Shown here: one piece after another, positions 19,208 to 29,918 of the stretch | Layout: each line of letters begins with the position of its first letter | Position numbering within the stretch: position 1 is the stretch's first letter | Assembly: GCA_965649225.1 (NCBI GenBank) | Contig: CBFGJX010000001.1 | Coordinates: 1-64,000, forward strand | Direction: 5' to 3' | Origin: a candidate division WOR-3 bacterium | GTDB taxonomy: Bacteria; Hydrothermota; Tepidihabitantia; Tepidihabitantales; Tepidihabitantaceae | DNA length: 64,000 nt | Notes under the pieces: generated by a model | Told to the model about the DNA's origin: nothing | What the model saw: only the letters and a program-made list of their open reading frames with translations | The model's database searches: none | Position numbers and translations under genes: made by a program

Positions 19208-20570
19208 ATTGGTCACCAACCTGTGGTATTACGACATCTCTGACTCCGAGACCACGCACGGCGTCGGCAAACGAAGCGGCCGCATCGGCTTCCGCGTGCA
19301 CTACAAAGACCTTCTTTAAACGCAGGATATTCATACCGGCTACATAAGCCAGCAACCCGTCCCGGTCGGCGTGGGCACTGAACTCATTCATGACGACAAC
19401 GTCGCAGCGCACAATATGCTCCTCCCCGAAGATTCTGACTACCGGCGCTCGTTCGACAAGCCGCCGACCAAGGGTATTTTCGGCCTGAAATGATACTATC
19501 AGAACGACATTGCGCGGATCGCCGACCGAATGTTTCAGGTGATGCAACACACGTCCTGCCTCGCACATCCCGGAAGCCGAGATTATGATGCAGGGCTCGT
19601 TTGTCTGGTTCAGCGCTTTTGACTCCTCAACCGAACTGACGTACCGCAACCCTTCAAAGTCGAATGGTTGTCGGTGCCCGTTGAGCATGCCAATCGCTTC
19701 TTCGTCGTAGTACTGGGGGTAATTGCGGTACACCTCTGTTACGCTGCTGGCCAGCGGACTGTCAACGTACACGGGGAGATCGGGAATCCGTCCGTTCTGA
19801 CGCAGACGGTTCAAGGCGTAGACAATCTCCTGCGAGCGTTCAACGGCAAATGCCGGAATGATAATCTTGCCCCCGCGAGCGTGGACACGATTGACGACCT
19901 CACTCAAACGGTCGTCAACCTGACGGTAATCACCGTGCTGACGGTTGCCGTATGTCGCCTCAATCACCAGATAATCCGCCTCGGTAACCTGAACCGGGTC
20001 ACGCACAATCGGCATCCGGCGGCGTCCGAGGTCACCGGTAAACAGTAGTCTTCGTCCACCCGCCTCGATATCGACCAGGGCCGACCCGAGTATGTGCCCG
20101 GCATCGTGCAATACAACAGAAAAAGGACCGAGTTTGTTGCGTCGAGCGTAGCCAGTCCCGACAATGTAGTTCAACGCCTCTTCCGTATCTTCAACAGTGT
20201 AGACCGGCTGGCGTTCACCGTTACGCCGGTGCCGATTGACGTAGCGAACGTCGGACTCCTGAATGTGCGCCGAATCAAGCAGCAGCAGTCTGGACAGTGC
20301 TGCCGAACCGCGTGTCATCAGTACCTGACCACGGAAACCATACTTGACCAGATTGGGCACATTGCCAACATGGTCAATGTGAGCATGCGACACCACACAG
20401 TGTTCAATTTCACGCGCCTTGAACGGCAGGTTACGGTTGGTGTGTTCAGCTTCATCGCGGTGCCCCTGGAACAGGCCGCATTCCAGAAGCAGGCTGTGCT
20501 TGTCCAGGCTCAACAGGTGCTTTGAACCGGTCACGGTGCCGGCCCCACCCCAGAAGCGCAGCTTCAACAT
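19197..20570 (-). CDS. MBL-fold beta-CASP ribonuclease (YSH1/TTHA0252-like)
   Basis: GAGTVTGS, SHAHIDH, AGHILGS, FTGDLG, ATYG, SASGMC, FSAHAD. Confidence 0.93.
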   Translation of the reverse strand: MLKLRFWGGAGTVTGSKHLLSLDKHSLLLECGLFQGHRDEAEHTNRNLPFKAREIEHCVVSHAHIDHVGNVPNLVKYGFRGQVLMTRGSAALSRLLLLDSAHIQESDVRYVNRHRRNGERQPVYTVEDTEEALNYIVGTGYARRNKLGPFSVVLHDAGHILGSALVDIEAGGRRLLFTGDLGRRRMPIVRDPVQVTEADYLVIEATYGNRQHGDYRQVDDRLSEVVNRVHARGGKIIIPAFAVERSQEIVYALNRLRQNGRIPDLPVYVDSPLASSVTEVYRNYPQYYDEEAIGMLNGHRQPFDFEGLRYVSSVEESKALNQTNEPCIIISASGMCEAGRVLHHLKHSVGDPRNVVLIVSFQAENTLGRRLVERAPVVRIFGEEHIVRCDVVVMNEFSAHADRDGLLAYVAGMNILRLKKVFVVHAEADAAASFADAVRGLGVRDVVIPQVGDQYEL

Positions 20571-20605
20571 GCCCTTGGTTGGACGCCTGCCCACGACTAC
20601 AGAGT

Positions 20606-21460
20606 TCAGCCAGTCTGCCCGGCCATCAACTCTCTCATGCGAGCCATATTGCGCCGGTCGTCAGCAGCACTACGGCGCGGAGTCTCCATGATTCCCGGCA
20701 AACCCCGCAGCAAAGGATGCCCGACAAGTGCCTGAAAACCAGCGCTGCCGATCTGTCCCTTGCCCACATGCCAGTGCCGATCGATTCCGCTGCCGAGCGG
20801 CACTCTCGTATCGTTGAGATGCAGCAGCCACAAACGCCGCAGGCCGACAAGCCGATCGAACTCCCGCAGCATCCGGTCAATCACCAGCCGGTTCCTCAAA
20901 TCATATCCGGCGGCAAAAAGATGAGCGGTATCAAGACAGACACCGACTTGATCCTGCTGCACGAGTCCATCGAATATCATCGCCAAGTGTTCAAAACGTG
21001 AACCGGCGTCACCTTGTCCTCCAGCTGTGTTTTCGAGCAACAAACGCACGCCCGGCCTGCCGAATCGCCGCAGTGCGGCATCTACCGTCCGGCTGACCTG
21101 TCGCGCCCGTCGGCTGTGATCGAACGAGCTGTTTCGCCCGGCGTGAACGACAACGAAACTTGCCCCGATAAGAAGCGCCCGTCCGAGCTCAGCAATCAGC
21201 GCAGCGATGGTACGCCGACGCAGCAAGGCTGCGTCTGTCGCCAGATTCAACAAGTAGGGCGCATGCACTATTACCGGCACTATCCCGGCCGCAGCCGTCT
21301 CGGCACGAAAAGCTGCTGCGGCCCGGGAACTAACCGGCGATGTCCGCCACGACCGCGGGCTGCGCGTGAAGATCTGGACTGCTTCGCAACCCAGCTGCAC
21401 CGCCCGCGGGGTAACTTTGTCAAGCCCGTCTGCTATCGAGACGTGGAAACCCAAGCGCAA
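20606..21460 (-). CDS. nfo: Endonuclease IV (AP endonuclease 2)
   Basis: GFHVSIA, QIF, HAPYLLNL, LENTAG, DTAHLFAAGYD, HLND, DRHWH, MET. Confidence 0.95.
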   Translation of the reverse strand: MRLGFHVSIADGLDKVTPRAVQLGCEAVQIFTRSPRSWRTSPVSSRAAAAFRAETAAAGIVPVIVHAPYLLNLATDAALLRRRTIAALIAELGRALLIGASFVVVHAGRNSSFDHSRRARQVSRTVDAALRRFGRPGVRLLLENTAGGQGDAGSRFEHLAMIFDGLVQQDQVGVCLDTAHLFAAGYDLRNRLVIDRMLREFDRLVGLRRLWLLHLNDTRVPLGSGIDRHWHVGKGQIGSAGFQALVGHPLLRGLPGIMETPRRSAADDRRNMARMRELMAGQTG

Positions 21461-21469
21461 TTCTGAAAG

Positions 21470-21497
21470 ATGTTAGGTACGACGACGGCCCAGTCAA
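21470..21497 (-). promoter_or_regulatory. Promoter TTGACT-N16-TAACAT, 9 nt before the nfo TTG
   Basis: Reverse complement of atgtta (21470-21475) and agtcaa (21492-21497). Confidence 0.65.
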
Positions 21498-21524
21498 CTA
21501 AGCCAAAGCAGACTCTGGTGGTGA

Positions 21525-21552
21525 TTGACATGCCGCCGGGCGGGGGTAATGT
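21525..21552 (+). promoter_or_regulatory. Promoter TTGACA-N16-TAATGT for the C25 gene
   Basis: ttgaca 21525-21530, taatgt 21547-21552. Confidence 0.6.
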
Positions 21553-21637
21553 TGTTTCGTTGTTTTACCGCAAAGACCGCCGTCAGACACACGGTCGGCC
21601 CTGTCCGCTTTTTTTTAATCCTCCAAGGAGGTCCGCT

Positions 21638-24600
21638 ATGAGGAGTGCCGTGGTTGCACTGCTGACTTTTGCCGCGGTTGTGTCCGCCGCGAGCATCAGT
21701 CACACGTTCGTTTACTCACCGAGTTCGCTGAAGCTGGATCAGCAGGATGGCTACACAATAGTTGACTTCGCCGGTCTGCCGCACATCGATCGGCTCGGAG
21801 CACCGGATCTGCCTGTCGCACCGGCCCAGCTGCTTATCCCGGCAGACGCCGAACTTACCGGGTTTGAGATTGTTGATTTTCGTGAAGAACCAGTCTCCGG
21901 CTCCTATCTCATCCGTCCGGTACAGTACCCTCAAGCCTACACAACGAATCCGCTGAGCTTTCCCTTCGTTCAGCCAAATCAAAGCTACTATGGCAACATT
22001 TTCCCGCCCTTACCGGCTGAACTGACCTCTCCCGGCACGAAATCCGGCTTCCAGCTCGTCGGTTTTCGCGTTTACCCGGTTCGCTACAACGGCGCCACAC
22101 GCCAGCTTTCTGTAGTGACCCGACTCACCGTCAAGCTGACGTACAAAACCGGCCGCCGACACGTCGCCCGGCGCAGCGAACTGCAGATTGCCCTGCACGG
22201 CAGCGCCTTGTCCGGGCTTGTCCTCAACCCCCAGGACATCGACCGCTTCGCACCACCTCGCAAGACCGGCGAACGCCAGTCAGCCTTCCTGCCCGCCGGC
22301 ACCTACGAACACGTCATACTGGCGGCCGACATTTACAAGGATTCGCTGACCAAGCTGCGGGACTGGCGTACCCGGCAGGGATGGCGCTCAATCATTGTCC
22401 CGATTGAATCGGTCTGTGCGGTCTACCCCGGTGTCGACACCGCCGAACGGATGCGTAACTTCCTGAAAGATGCAGAAACCACCTGGAGCACTGTGTTTTG
22501 CTTTATCGCCCGCAAGGACTGGCCGGCAAACCAGTTCCGGCGTGGCTACGCTTACGTCTCCGGCTACCCGGTCGAGAATCTGCCCACCGACATGTATTTC
22601 TCGTGTTTGGACGGCTCCTGGAATGCTGACGGCGACAACACCTGGGGCGAGCCCAACGACTCGGTCGACTGTCTCGCCGACATTCACGTTGGAATGATTA
22701 CTATCGACAGCTGGGCAGAGCTTTCCAAGTATCTCGCCAAAATCTTCCGCTACGAATTCTCACCCGACACCGGCTGGTTCACCAAAGCTCTGCTGGGAAA
22801 CGACGTCACCTTCTCTAACAACTTCAACGATTCGATTGCCAACGCCACTCCGACCCCGCCGTGGTTTGACCTGAAAATGTACGCATCCGGCGGCATGGTA
22901 ACCCCCTCTGTTCAGCGCTACGTTGACTCCTTGCAGTCCGGTTATCCGCTCACTGCAATCATTGCCCACGGCAATATCGACCTCTACGGCATGGGCGGCA
23001 ACGTCACCTCTCCGATAATGAATGCCCTGACCAATGTCAACAAACTGTCAATGATAACGGCGGTCTGCTGCCATACCGGTGAATGGGATCAGGTCGGCAA
23101 TACCAACGGCGACTGTATTGCTGAGAACATGGCGTTTCACGCGCCCAACGGCTTCATCGGCGTGATGATGAATGCCCGCTACGGCTGGGTGTCTGTCGCC
23201 GAATACTTCAACTACTCGATCAGCTACGGGCTGCTGGGCTACCGGACAGCACGACGCGTCACCCAGGGGCAGGCGCTTTCCTACGGCAAAGACTACTGGC
23301 ACCCGCTTGTCGCAGTCACAACCGACACATCAAAGTTCCGCTACGAAGCCTACGAAAGAAATCTGTTTGGTGAACCGGCAGTACCAATTTGGACAAAACG
23401 CGCCTTTGTTGCGTCGGTCACCCGGCCCAGTGCAATCAACATCGGGTCAAACATCCCGGTGCCGATTACAGTCACCGATAACACCGACGCCCCGGTTGAA
23501 TCGGCAATGGTCTGTCTGGTCAAAGGAACTGAGACTTTCGCTCGGGGCTTCACCGATGCCTCCGGCCAGGTTACGCTTCTTGTCTCACCGTTGACTCCTG
23601 GCATGATGTCCTTGACAGTCACAGGCGCCAATAACCTGCCGGTTCTCGACTCAATTGTTGTCATGGCGGCCGGCAAGTTCGTCTCCTATCTCCGTCACTC
23701 GGTCAACGACTCCACCGGCGGCAACGGCGACGGCATCATCAATCCCGGCGAGAGTTTCCGACTGCCAATGTGGGTAAAAAACTACGGCACTCAGACCGCC
23801 CAGAGTGTCAACGGCCGGCTGATCACTCATGCTGCCGGGGTAATGATCACTGATTCGATCAAGGGTTTCGGCAGCATCCCCGGCGGTGACAGTTCACGCA
23901 ATGCGCAGGGTTTTGCAATGACCGTCGCCACTGGCCTCCCCAATAATTACCCGATACCCTGCTCGCTTGTCTGCCGGGACAACCTGGATTCAACATGGGT
24001 GTCGTACGTTACGCTGCGGGTCGGCGCACCCAGCATCAGTTTCGTTGACAAGACCGTCCGAGACGAAAACTCCTCACGGCCAAATGGCAAACTCGACCCC
24101 GGCGAAACCGCCGATCTCGAGGTCACCCTCCGTAACGGCGGTCTCGGCAACGCCTACAACGTCCGGGCAATACTGCGCTCAGGCGATGCACGTTTGACCA
24201 TCACCGATTCAATGGCCGCTTATGGTACCGTTCGACGTGACAGCCTCAGCACCAACACCAGTGACCGGTTCACACTCGCAGCCAGCGCCTCCATACCGCC
24301 GGAAACTCCTGTCGCCTGCACACTGGACGTGTTCGCCGATGCCGGGTATACGGAACGCCTTGTATTCACCATCGTCGTCGGTGAAATCAGGACTGTTGAT
24401 CCAATGCCTGACGGCCCACGCCAACCCGCTCTCTACTGGGCGTACGACGAAGTGGACACCGGCTACGACGAATGCCCGACCTACAACTGGATGGAGATTC
24501 GTAATCTTGGAACAAGACTGACACTTTCTGACGACCAGACGGTCGTAATTGACATTCCCAGTGGATTCGGGCCATTCCGCTTCTACGGCCAGAACTACAC

Positions 24601-25372
24601 CCAGCTTTCAATCTGTGGCAACGGCTGGGTCGGGCTCGGCTCGACGACGGTCTCCGCCTACTCCAACACCAGCTTGCCTTCAACCACCCTGCCACCGGCT
24701 TTCCTTGCCAACTGGGACGACCTCTATCCTCCCACTGGCGGTGGTGTCTGGTGGTATCACGACACTACAAACCACTGTCTCATCGTGGAGTGGGACTCGG
24801 TAGCGTACTACAGCGCGCGCACAATTTTTGAAAGCTTCCAGATCATCTTCTACGATGCCACCCGTGCCGCTCGCGATGGCAACTGCGAGGTCATCTTCCA
24901 GTATCGGACTGCCAACCAGCCCGGCAGTTCGGCAACCGTCGGCATGCAGGACCCTTCCCGCACGATATTCATTCAGCAACTATACGATGGCAGTTACACC
25001 CGCGGCGCCTCTGCATGGATACCAGGACATGCCGTCAAGTTCACCTCCGACGACCCACGAACCGGCCTGTTTGATAACCCGGTCACCCGCGCTCTCCACG
25101 CCGGACAACTCGTCGCCGTTCCCAGCGTCTTCCGCGGCACGACTACCATCAACTGGCAGGTCAAACGCGAAGGCCCGGTCGAACTGGCCGTCTTCGACGC
25201 CAGCGGCCGCAACCTGCGTTCACTGGTATGTGGTCGCGTGACACCGGGTACGTACATATCGAAATGGAACGGCACTGACGACAACGGACGTCCCCTCGGC
25301 TACGGCGTGTACTTCATTCGCCTCAAGAGCGAAGACGGTACTGTCAAGACCAAAACCATTCTGGCCCGCTGA
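21638..25372 (+). CDS. Gingipain-like C25 cysteine peptidase (propeptide, catalytic domain, Ig repeats, FlgD/T9SS-like C-terminal domain)
   Basis: SD AAGGAGG, signal peptide, PTDMYFSCLDGSWNADGD, catalytic His/Cys motifs IAHG and VCCHTG, NLFGEP, two GxxxPGE repeats, C-terminal WNGTD..GVYFIRL. Confidence 0.92.
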   Translation: MRSAVVALLTFAAVVSAASISHTFVYSPSSLKLDQQDGYTIVDFAGLPHIDRLGAPDLPVAPAQLLIPADAELTGFEIVDFREEPVSGSYLIRPVQYPQAYTTNPLSFPFVQPNQSYYGNIFPPLPAELTSPGTKSGFQLVGFRVYPVRYNGATRQLSVVTRLTVKLTYKTGRRHVARRSELQIALHGSALSGLVLNPQDIDRFAPPRKTGERQSAFLPAGTYEHVILAADIYKDSLTKLRDWRTRQGWRSIIVPIESVCAVYPGVDTAERMRNFLKDAETTWSTVFCFIARKDWPANQFRRGYAYVSGYPVENLPTDMYFSCLDGSWNADGDNTWGEPNDSVDCLADIHVGMITIDSWAELSKYLAKIFRYEFSPDTGWFTKALLGNDVTFSNNFNDSIANATPTPPWFDLKMYASGGMVTPSVQRYVDSLQSGYPLTAIIAHGNIDLYGMGGNVTSPIMNALTNVNKLSMITAVCCHTGEWDQVGNTNGDCIAENMAFHAPNGFIGVMMNARYGWVSVAEYFNYSISYGLLGYRTARRVTQGQALSYGKDYWHPLVAVTTDTSKFRYEAYERNLFGEPAVPIWTKRAFVASVTRPSAINIGSNIPVPITVTDNTDAPVESAMVCLVKGTETFARGFTDASGQVTLLVSPLTPGMMSLTVTGANNLPVLDSIVVMAAGKFVSYLRHSVNDSTGGNGDGIINPGESFRLPMWVKNYGTQTAQSVNGRLITHAAGVMITDSIKGFGSIPGGDSSRNAQGFAMTVATGLPNNYPIPCSLVCRDNLDSTWVSYVTLRVGAPSISFVDKTVRDENSSRPNGKLDPGETADLEVTLRNGGLGNAYNVRAILRSGDARLTITDSMAAYGTVRRDSLSTNTSDRFTLAASASIPPETPVACTLDVFADAGYTERLVFTIVVGEIRTVDPMPDGPRQPALYWAYDEVDTGYDECPTYNWMEIRNLGTRLTLSDDQTVVIDIPSGFGPFRFYGQNYTQLSICGNGWVGLGSTTVSAYSNTSLPSTTLPPAFLANWDDLYPPTGGGVWWYHDTTNHCLIVEWDSVAYYSARTIFESFQIIFYDATRAARDGNCEVIFQYRTANQPGSSATVGMQDPSRTIFIQQLYDGSYTRGASAWIPGHAVKFTSDDPRTGLFDNPVTRALHAGQLVAVPSVFRGTTTINWQVKREGPVELAVFDASGRNLRSLVCGRVTPGTYISKWNGTDDNGRPLGYGVYFIRLKSEDGTVKTKTILAR

Positions 25373-25386
25373 CCGGCAGTAACCAG

Positions 25387-25423
25387 AACAATCGGGCAGG
25401 GCCTTGGGTCCTGCCCGATTGTT
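25387..25423 (+). terminator. Intrinsic terminator after the C25 gene
   Basis: aacaatcgggcagg ... cctgcccgattgtt hairpin ending in a T-rich run. Confidence 0.8.
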
Positions 25424-25563
25424 TGTCGGGGCCTTACCCCATATGCCTCTGTGTCTGCATATCGGTACCGCCAGACAACAACCAGACTCCGACTGTAGCA
25501 GACAACTTGACCCATTCGGCGATGACGGCTAAGCTTCACCGCTAATAGCTCAAAGGTGGCACG

Positions 25564-26121
25564 ATGAAAAAGTCGACAACCACATTGGAGAAAAACACCG
25601 TTAAAACGCTCCGGTCTGCTCTTGACCGTGCCCGCGCTCTGGACATCCGCCATTTGGTCGTAGCCTCAACAACCGGTCGGACCGCCCTGCTGCTCGCCTC
25701 ACTTCGCTCTACCGCTGAATCAGTTGTCTGCGTCACGCACCACGTTGGTTTCCGAAAACCCGGACACAGCGAACTGACCCAAGCCACCGAGGCAAGATTG
25801 AAAAAGCTGGGCATTTCCGTTGTCCGCGCCGGACATGCCCTTTCAGGGATTGAACGCGATCTGCGAATGAGATTTGGTGGTATCGGTCCTGCCGAAACCG
25901 TCGCCTGCACCTACCGGACCTTTGGCGAAGGAACCAAAGTCTGCGTCGAAATCTCTACAATGGCGCTGGATGCGGGGCTAATCCCCTACGGCAGGGACAT
26001 CGTCGCCATCGCCGGCACCGGCACTGGCGCTGACACAGCTCTTGTCATCAGACCGGCGCACTCACGCAGCTTCTTTACCACCCAGATTCGCGAAATCATC
26101 TGTAAACCAAGAAGTTGGTAG
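25564..26121 (+). CDS. Pyruvate kinase alpha/beta (PK_C-like, DUF1867-type) protein
   Basis: VVASTTGRTA, VTHHVGF, HALSGIER, FGEGTKVCVEI, GADTA, EIICKP. Confidence 0.88.
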   Translation: MKKSTTTLEKNTVKTLRSALDRARALDIRHLVVASTTGRTALLLASLRSTAESVVCVTHHVGFRKPGHSELTQATEARLKKLGISVVRAGHALSGIERDLRMRFGGIGPAETVACTYRTFGEGTKVCVEISTMALDAGLIPYGRDIVAIAGTGTGADTALVIRPAHSRSFFTTQIREIICKPRSW

Positions 26122-26132
26122 GAGGAACATCG

Positions 26133-26570
26133 ATGCCAGACTGCCCTTTCTGCAACATCGTTGCCGGCAAAGCCCCCGCCCGTAAGGTGTTTGAAGACGA
26201 GCACACAATGGCAATGCTCGACTTGCACCCGATATCGCGCGGCCATTGTCTTGTCATACCAAAGCGTCACATCGTCTGGTTCACCGACATCGAACCACAG
26301 GACAACATTGCCGGGCCTTTTCTTCGCACCTGTTACTTGCTCGCCAGAAAAATCAAACACGCTTTTGACTGCGAGTATGTCACCATGTTGATCCGCGGCA
26401 CAAGGGTACCACACTTGCACATGCTGCTGGTGCCGACCATCCGCGGCGAGGAGAACCTGCTCGACAAAACATTGGCACTGCATCACTTTGCCCAGGTCCG
26501 CATGCGTGAACCGTTCTCAACCGCTGAACTTGATGAAATTGCGGAGAAAATCCGCCGTGCGGCCGTCTAG
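26133..26570 (+). CDS. HIT family protein (atypical triad)
   Basis: CPFCNI, GHCLVIPKRH, VPHLHML; SD GGAGG. Confidence 0.88.
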   Translation: MPDCPFCNIVAGKAPARKVFEDEHTMAMLDLHPISRGHCLVIPKRHIVWFTDIEPQDNIAGPFLRTCYLLARKIKHAFDCEYVTMLIRGTRVPHLHMLLVPTIRGEENLLDKTLALHHFAQVRMREPFSTAELDEIAEKIRRAAV

Positions 26571-27287
26571 CAACCGCGGACAATATCAGGCTGAAGACTA
26601 CAGCACGCGCTGGCAGGATCCGCTGTTCGTGCGGACATGGGACAAGCAGCCACTCAATCCCCTAAAACGACAACAACTTCAAATCCTCGCTCACATTGCG
26701 ATGACATGTTGGCGTCAACACAGTCACATCCTCGATCTCGGCTGTGGAACAGGCAAAACAGCGGAACTGCTGCTCAGTCATCTGCCTGACGCCCGATTTA
26801 CCGGCGTCGACCGCTCTTCTACCATGCTGCAGCTGGCGCAAAAACGACTACGCGCTTTTGCCAAGAGGGTTCGTCTCGTTTGTCACGACCTCAATCAGGT
26901 TGACAAACTCACGACCCAGCGACGGTTTCGGTTAATTACCTGTGTCGATGTCATCCATGAGCTGAGCTCACCGGCGCAGCTCGCCATCCTGCGTTTCTGT
27001 CGCAATCATCTGACACATAACGGCTTGTTGATGGTGATTGACCGTATCGCCCTTGACACCGCCAGACTCGCCAGTCCGCTGCAAGGCCTATTGAAGCACC
27101 TGCAGGCGCAAACCGGATGCCGAGACGGACAGCTGGCAAGTAATGTAACTGCCCCCACTACCAGGACAAAGAAAACCCCTTGAGCCTTGATCAGTACCTG
27201 CTGAGGTTTCGACAAGCCGGACTTGCTTCTGCCTGCCTACACCTCTACCTGCATAAAGCTCTGTTTGTTGCCCGAAGTCTGACCTGA
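26557..27287 (+). pseudogene. Class I SAM-dependent methyltransferase with apparent frameshift near 27152-27156
   Basis: ILDLGCGTG and GVDRS motifs; the natural-looking C-terminus (ENPLSLDQYL..AGL..ALFVAR) lies in another frame ending at TGA 27287. Confidence 0.75.
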
Positions 27288-27351
27288 CAAGGGCAGCGCC
27301 CGTCTTCCCCTAGTGTGTCTGTAGTCGGTCCGCCATGTGTCGGCCGGCTAA

Positions 27352-29799
27352 TCATTTTCCATCGGCTGGGACTTCGTTTTCTTCTTCAATCAACGCCACA
27401 TCCACAACTGCATCGCCTTTTTCAACCGCCATCACCTTCACGCCCGTCGTGTTACGGCCACACTTGCGGATTTCTGAGCACTTTATCCTGATGACGTTAC
27501 CGTTTCTAGAGGACACGATAATCTCTGATGAATCACTGACGGCGATGGCAGCAGCCAACCGGCCTGACTTCTCGACCGGCTTTGCTGCAATCACTCCGGA
27601 TCCGCCGCGACTCTGTGGTCTGAATTCGGAGAAATCCGTACGTTTGCCAAAACCGTTCTCGAAGACCGTCAGCAGCGAGTAGCCCTCGCGAACCACAACC
27701 GCGCCAATCACCAGATCGCCTTTTGACAACCTGATGCCCCGTACTCCTGCCGCCGTTCTTCCCATGTCGCGGGCATCAGTTTCATTGAAGCGAATACTCT
27801 GCCCCTCGCGCGTGACCAGAAGAACATCGTCGCCGCCCGACGTCAACAAAGTTGCAACCAGCGCGTCGTTGGGTTCCACCGCCATCGCGATAATGCCCTT
27901 GCGGCGAGGGTTCGCAAAAGCATCTAGTGCGACGCGCTTCACCTTGCCCTGCTTGGTAACAAAGAATACAAAGCGGTTTGCGTCAAAACTCCGTACTGCG
28001 AGGTAGGAAGCCATCACCTCAGACCGGTCCATTTCCACCAGATTGGCGATCGAGCGTCCGCGTGCCGCATGAGAACCCTCTGGAATCTCATACACCTTCT
28101 GCCAGTAGCAGCGCCCCCTGTCGGTGAAGAACATCATGTAGTCGTGAGTCGAAGCGATGAAGAGACCTTCAACAAAATCCTCATCCTGGACACTGACGCC
28201 GGTCCGTCCCTGGCCCCCACGTCCCTGCCGCCGGTATACCGAAACAGGCATCCGCTTGATGTAACCACGATGGGTTATCGTGACGGCCATGTCTTCCTCT
28301 TTGATGAGGTCCTCTACCGACAGCTCCTCAGCAGCACCACGGACTATCTGAGTTCGTCGTTCATCGGCGAATTTGCGCTTTAGTTCAAGCAGCTCAGTCC
28401 GTATTTCACGCATCATCAGGGCCCGCGAGTCAAGGAGTGCCTTCAGTCGGGCGATCTCTTTGATCAGCTCAGCGTACTCCCCGTCGATCTTGTCACGCTC
28501 CAGTCCGGTTAGACGGGCAAGGCGCATCTCCAGGATGGCATCAGCTTGCTTCCGGCTCAGTTTGAAACGTCGCTCCAACCCCTCCCGAGCAGCCTCAGTA
28601 TCCTTCGACTTCTTTATGAGCTCAACAACAGCATCTATGTTCTTGAGGGCAATCTTGAGCCCTTCAAGAATGTGCGCCCTCTCCTCGGCACGCGCCAGCT
28701 CAAACCGGGCACGTCGGGTCACGGTTTCACGCCGAAAAGCCAAGTAGGCATCAAGGATGTTCTTCAGATTCATCACCTTCGGCACGCCATCATTCAGCAC
28801 GAGCAGGTTGGCGCTAAAGGTAGTCTGAAGCTCGGTGAACTTGTAAAGCTGATTAAGGATGATCTCCTTCACCGCGTCGCGCCGCAGTTCAAGCACGACC
28901 CGCATGCCATCCCGGTCTGACTCGTCCCGCAGGTCGGCAACCCCCTGAATCTTCTTTTCTCGCACCAGCTCTGCAATCCGGGCGATCAGGTTCGATTTGT
29001 TTACCTGGTAAGGTATCTCAACGATGACCAGCTTGTCGCGACCAGCCTTCACCTCTTCAAACTGCACCGTTCCCCGTAATACCAGCGACCCACGACCCGT
29101 TTCGTACATCTGGCGTATGCCCTCAGTACCGACAATCGCTGCTCCGGTGGGAAAATCAGGGCCCCGAACGTGACGGATCAGTTCCCGCAGGCTGATATCG
29201 GGATTGTCAATCAAGGCAACCAGACCATCGACAAGCTCACCGAGATTATGCGGCGGTATGTTCGTAGCCATTCCGACCGCAATGCCAGAGGCACCATTGG
29301 CAAGCAGGTTCGGGAAAGCAGCTGGCAGAACCTGCGGCTCCTTCAATCGCTCGTCAAAATTGGGCTGAAAATCGACAGTGTTCTTATCCAGGTCAGCAAG
29401 CAATTCTGTTGCCAGCGGCGACAGCCGAACCTCGGTGTAACGATAAGCCGCCGCCGCATCTCCGTCGATTGAGCCAAAATTACCCTGCCCCTGTACCAAC
29501 GGGTAACGCAGAGAGAAATCCTGCGCCATCCGAACCATTGCATCGTACACCGCGGTATCACCGTGAGGATGGTACTTGCCGAGCACTTCACCGACGACGG
29601 CAGCGGACTTGCGAAATGGCCGAGTGGGCAGAAGCCCCATTTCACTCATCGTGTAGAGAATCCGTCGCTGGACCGGCTTCAGTCCGTCACGAACGTCCGG
29701 CAATGCCCGCGCTACAATCACCGACATCGCATAGTCAAGAAATGACTTGCGAACCTCGTCCTCAATGTATACCTTAACTATCGATTCATCGCGTGCCAT
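27352..29799 (-). CDS. gyrA: DNA gyrase subunit A
   Basis: [21 protein letters not shown] (catalytic Tyr), GyrA-box QGRGGQG. Confidence 0.97.
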   Translation of the reverse strand: MARDESIVKVYIEDEVRKSFLDYAMSVIVARALPDVRDGLKPVQRRILYTMSEMGLLPTRPFRKSAAVVGEVLGKYHPHGDTAVYDAMVRMAQDFSLRYPLVQGQGNFGSIDGDAAAAYRYTEVRLSPLATELLADLDKNTVDFQPNFDERLKEPQVLPAAFPNLLANGASGIAVGMATNIPPHNLGELVDGLVALIDNPDISLRELIRHVRGPDFPTGAAIVGTEGIRQMYETGRGSLVLRGTVQFEEVKAGRDKLVIVEIPYQVNKSNLIARIAELVREKKIQGVADLRDESDRDGMRVVLELRRDAVKEIILNQLYKFTELQTTFSANLLVLNDGVPKVMNLKNILDAYLAFRRETVTRRARFELARAEERAHILEGLKIALKNIDAVVELIKKSKDTEAAREGLERRFKLSRKQADAILEMRLARLTGLERDKIDGEYAELIKEIARLKALLDSRALMMREIRTELLELKRKFADERRTQIVRGAAEELSVEDLIKEEDMAVTITHRGYIKRMPVSVYRRQGRGGQGRTGVSVQDEDFVEGLFIASTHDYMMFFTDRGRCYWQKVYEIPEGSHAARGRSIANLVEMDRSEVMASYLAVRSFDANRFVFFVTKQGKVKRVALDAFANPRRKGIIAMAVEPNDALVATLLTSGGDDVLLVTREGQSIRFNETDARDMGRTAAGVRGIRLSKGDLVIGAVVVREGYSLLTVFENGFGKRTDFSEFRPQSRGGSGVIAAKPVEKSGRLAAAIAVSDSSEIIVSSRNGNVIRIKCSEIRKCGRNTTGVKVMAVEKGDAVVDVALIEEENEVPADGK

Positions 29800-29806
29800 G
29801 TGCCGA

Positions 29807-29834
29807 ACTATATTGCCGGCTTCAGGGATGTCAA
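29807..29834 (-). promoter_or_regulatory. Promoter TTGACA-N16-TATAGT, 7 nt before the gyrA ATG
   Basis: Reverse complement of actata (29807-29812) and tgtcaa (29829-29834). Confidence 0.8.
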
Positions 29835-29853
29835 ACCGGACCAGCCAGCTCCG

Positions 29854-29881
29854 TTGACACCTGCAGCAATTTGACTATGAT
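29854..29881 (+). promoter_or_regulatory. Promoter TTGACA-N16-TATGAT, divergent from gyrA
   Basis: ttgaca 29854-29859, tatgat 29876-29881. Confidence 0.75.
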
Positions 29882-29918
29882 TCAGTGCTGTTCCACAGAC
29901 CACTTAAGGAGGACCCAG

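Noticed and set aside
21470..21637. Long N-terminal extensions in the ORF track (also 8649, 29793, 39573, 46982, 49401, 51155, 54074, 55027, 61677)
   Set aside because: They run through promoters or upstream genes; downstream starts with an SD or stop-start overlap fit better.
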